A stretch of DNA of 64,000 nucleotides. Source: Frankiales bacterium. Its GTDB lineage: Bacteria > Actinomycetota > Actinomycetes > JAWWOL01. The translations under genes and the position numbers were made by a program. Below, piece by piece: positions 63,791 through 64,000 of the stretch. Below the pieces are notes generated by a model that worked only from the letters and a program-made list of their open reading frames with translations, made no database searches and had not been told where the DNA came from. Location: positions 2,988 through 66,987 of the forward strand of contig JAWWOO010000105.1 in assembly GCA_033851545.1 (NCBI GenBank), given 5' to 3'. Within the stretch, counting starts at the first letter, position 1; every line of letters begins with the position of its first letter.

Positions 63791-64000
63791 GCGGTCACCT
63801 CCACGGCGCCACCCAGCGCCTCTGGCACCTGGCGGGCGACCTCGCGTTCGGCCCTGCGCACCTTGGCCCGCCGGACGATCTCGTACGCGACCACGACGGC
63901 CAGCACGATCGATCCCTGCATCAGCACGTAGATCTCCTGCGGGATGCCGTTGAGGTCGAGGATCTGCGCCGAGCGTTCGAGGAATCCCCACAGCACGGCG
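63787..64000 (-). CDS. ABC transporter permease, C-terminal end (5' part outside window)
   Basis: Open minus-strand frame to the window edge. The hydrophobic tail ...IYVLMQGSIVLAVVVAYEIV is followed by a basic C-terminus. Confidence 0.7.
   Translation of the reverse strand, partial: AVLWGFLERSAQILDLNGIPQEIYVLMQGSIVLAVVVAYEIVRRAKVRRAEREVARQVPEALGGAVEVTA

Noticed and set aside
1-64000. Search by eye for tRNA/rRNA genes, CRISPR arrays, transposases, integrases, phage genes or toxin-antitoxin / defence cassettes
   Set aside because: None were found. All sizeable intergenic regions were read, and none shows cloverleaf-like or repeat-spacer structure. No ORF has transposase, recombinase or known defence-system motifs. 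tRNAscan, Infernal and defence-system HMM runs would be the definitive check.

Overview
This is a high-GC, GC3-saturated chromosomal segment. Its gene content looks actinobacterial: coproporphyrin-type heme genes hemE/hemY/hemQ, ROK-regulated sugar ABC operons with no ATPase gene, an ECF42-type sigma factor with a YCII partner, and stand-alone NHEJ modules. I support about 65 protein-coding genes, mostly metabolic and housekeeping, many joined by 4-nt ATGA/GTGA overlaps. I found no rRNA, tRNA, CRISPR array, transposase or integrase. Recognisable blocks, in order:
- Heme genes split by a DinB / methyltransferase / lipoprotein-serpin / DUF4349 insertion.
- SDR-TetR, MsrB, a LigD-type primase-polymerase and an ATP-dependent ligase, separated by a permease-amidase-AKR set.
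- A lone treZ.
- A tightly coupled creatininase / GS-like / ureohydrolase / cyclase operon.
- A deoxyribose module: HAD, phosphosugar mutase, deoC, ALDH and a catalytic-domain-less ALDH paralog.
- A ROK / ABC / GH4 / BadF-kinase sugar operon.
- An OmpR-type two-component system and a secreted phosphodiesterase, bracketed by two DUF347 four-repeat membrane paralogs.
- A NarL-type two-component system, headed by a secreted Asp/His/Gly-repeat protein.
- A yybP-ykoY-like Mn riboswitch in front of a GDT1/UPF0016 exporter.
- ECF42-YCII next to a very large beta-propeller-phosphoesterase fusion.
- An ABC-2 exporter, then cdd-deoA with nucleoside ABC permeases.
The most interesting uncharacterised candidates are the DUF347 / two-component / phosphodiesterase module, the secreted-repeat / two-component / Mn-riboswitch neighbourhood, the four-enzyme nitrogen-compound operon, and the serpin-DUF4349 pair. 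All functional calls come from motif recognition by eye. No database search was run.
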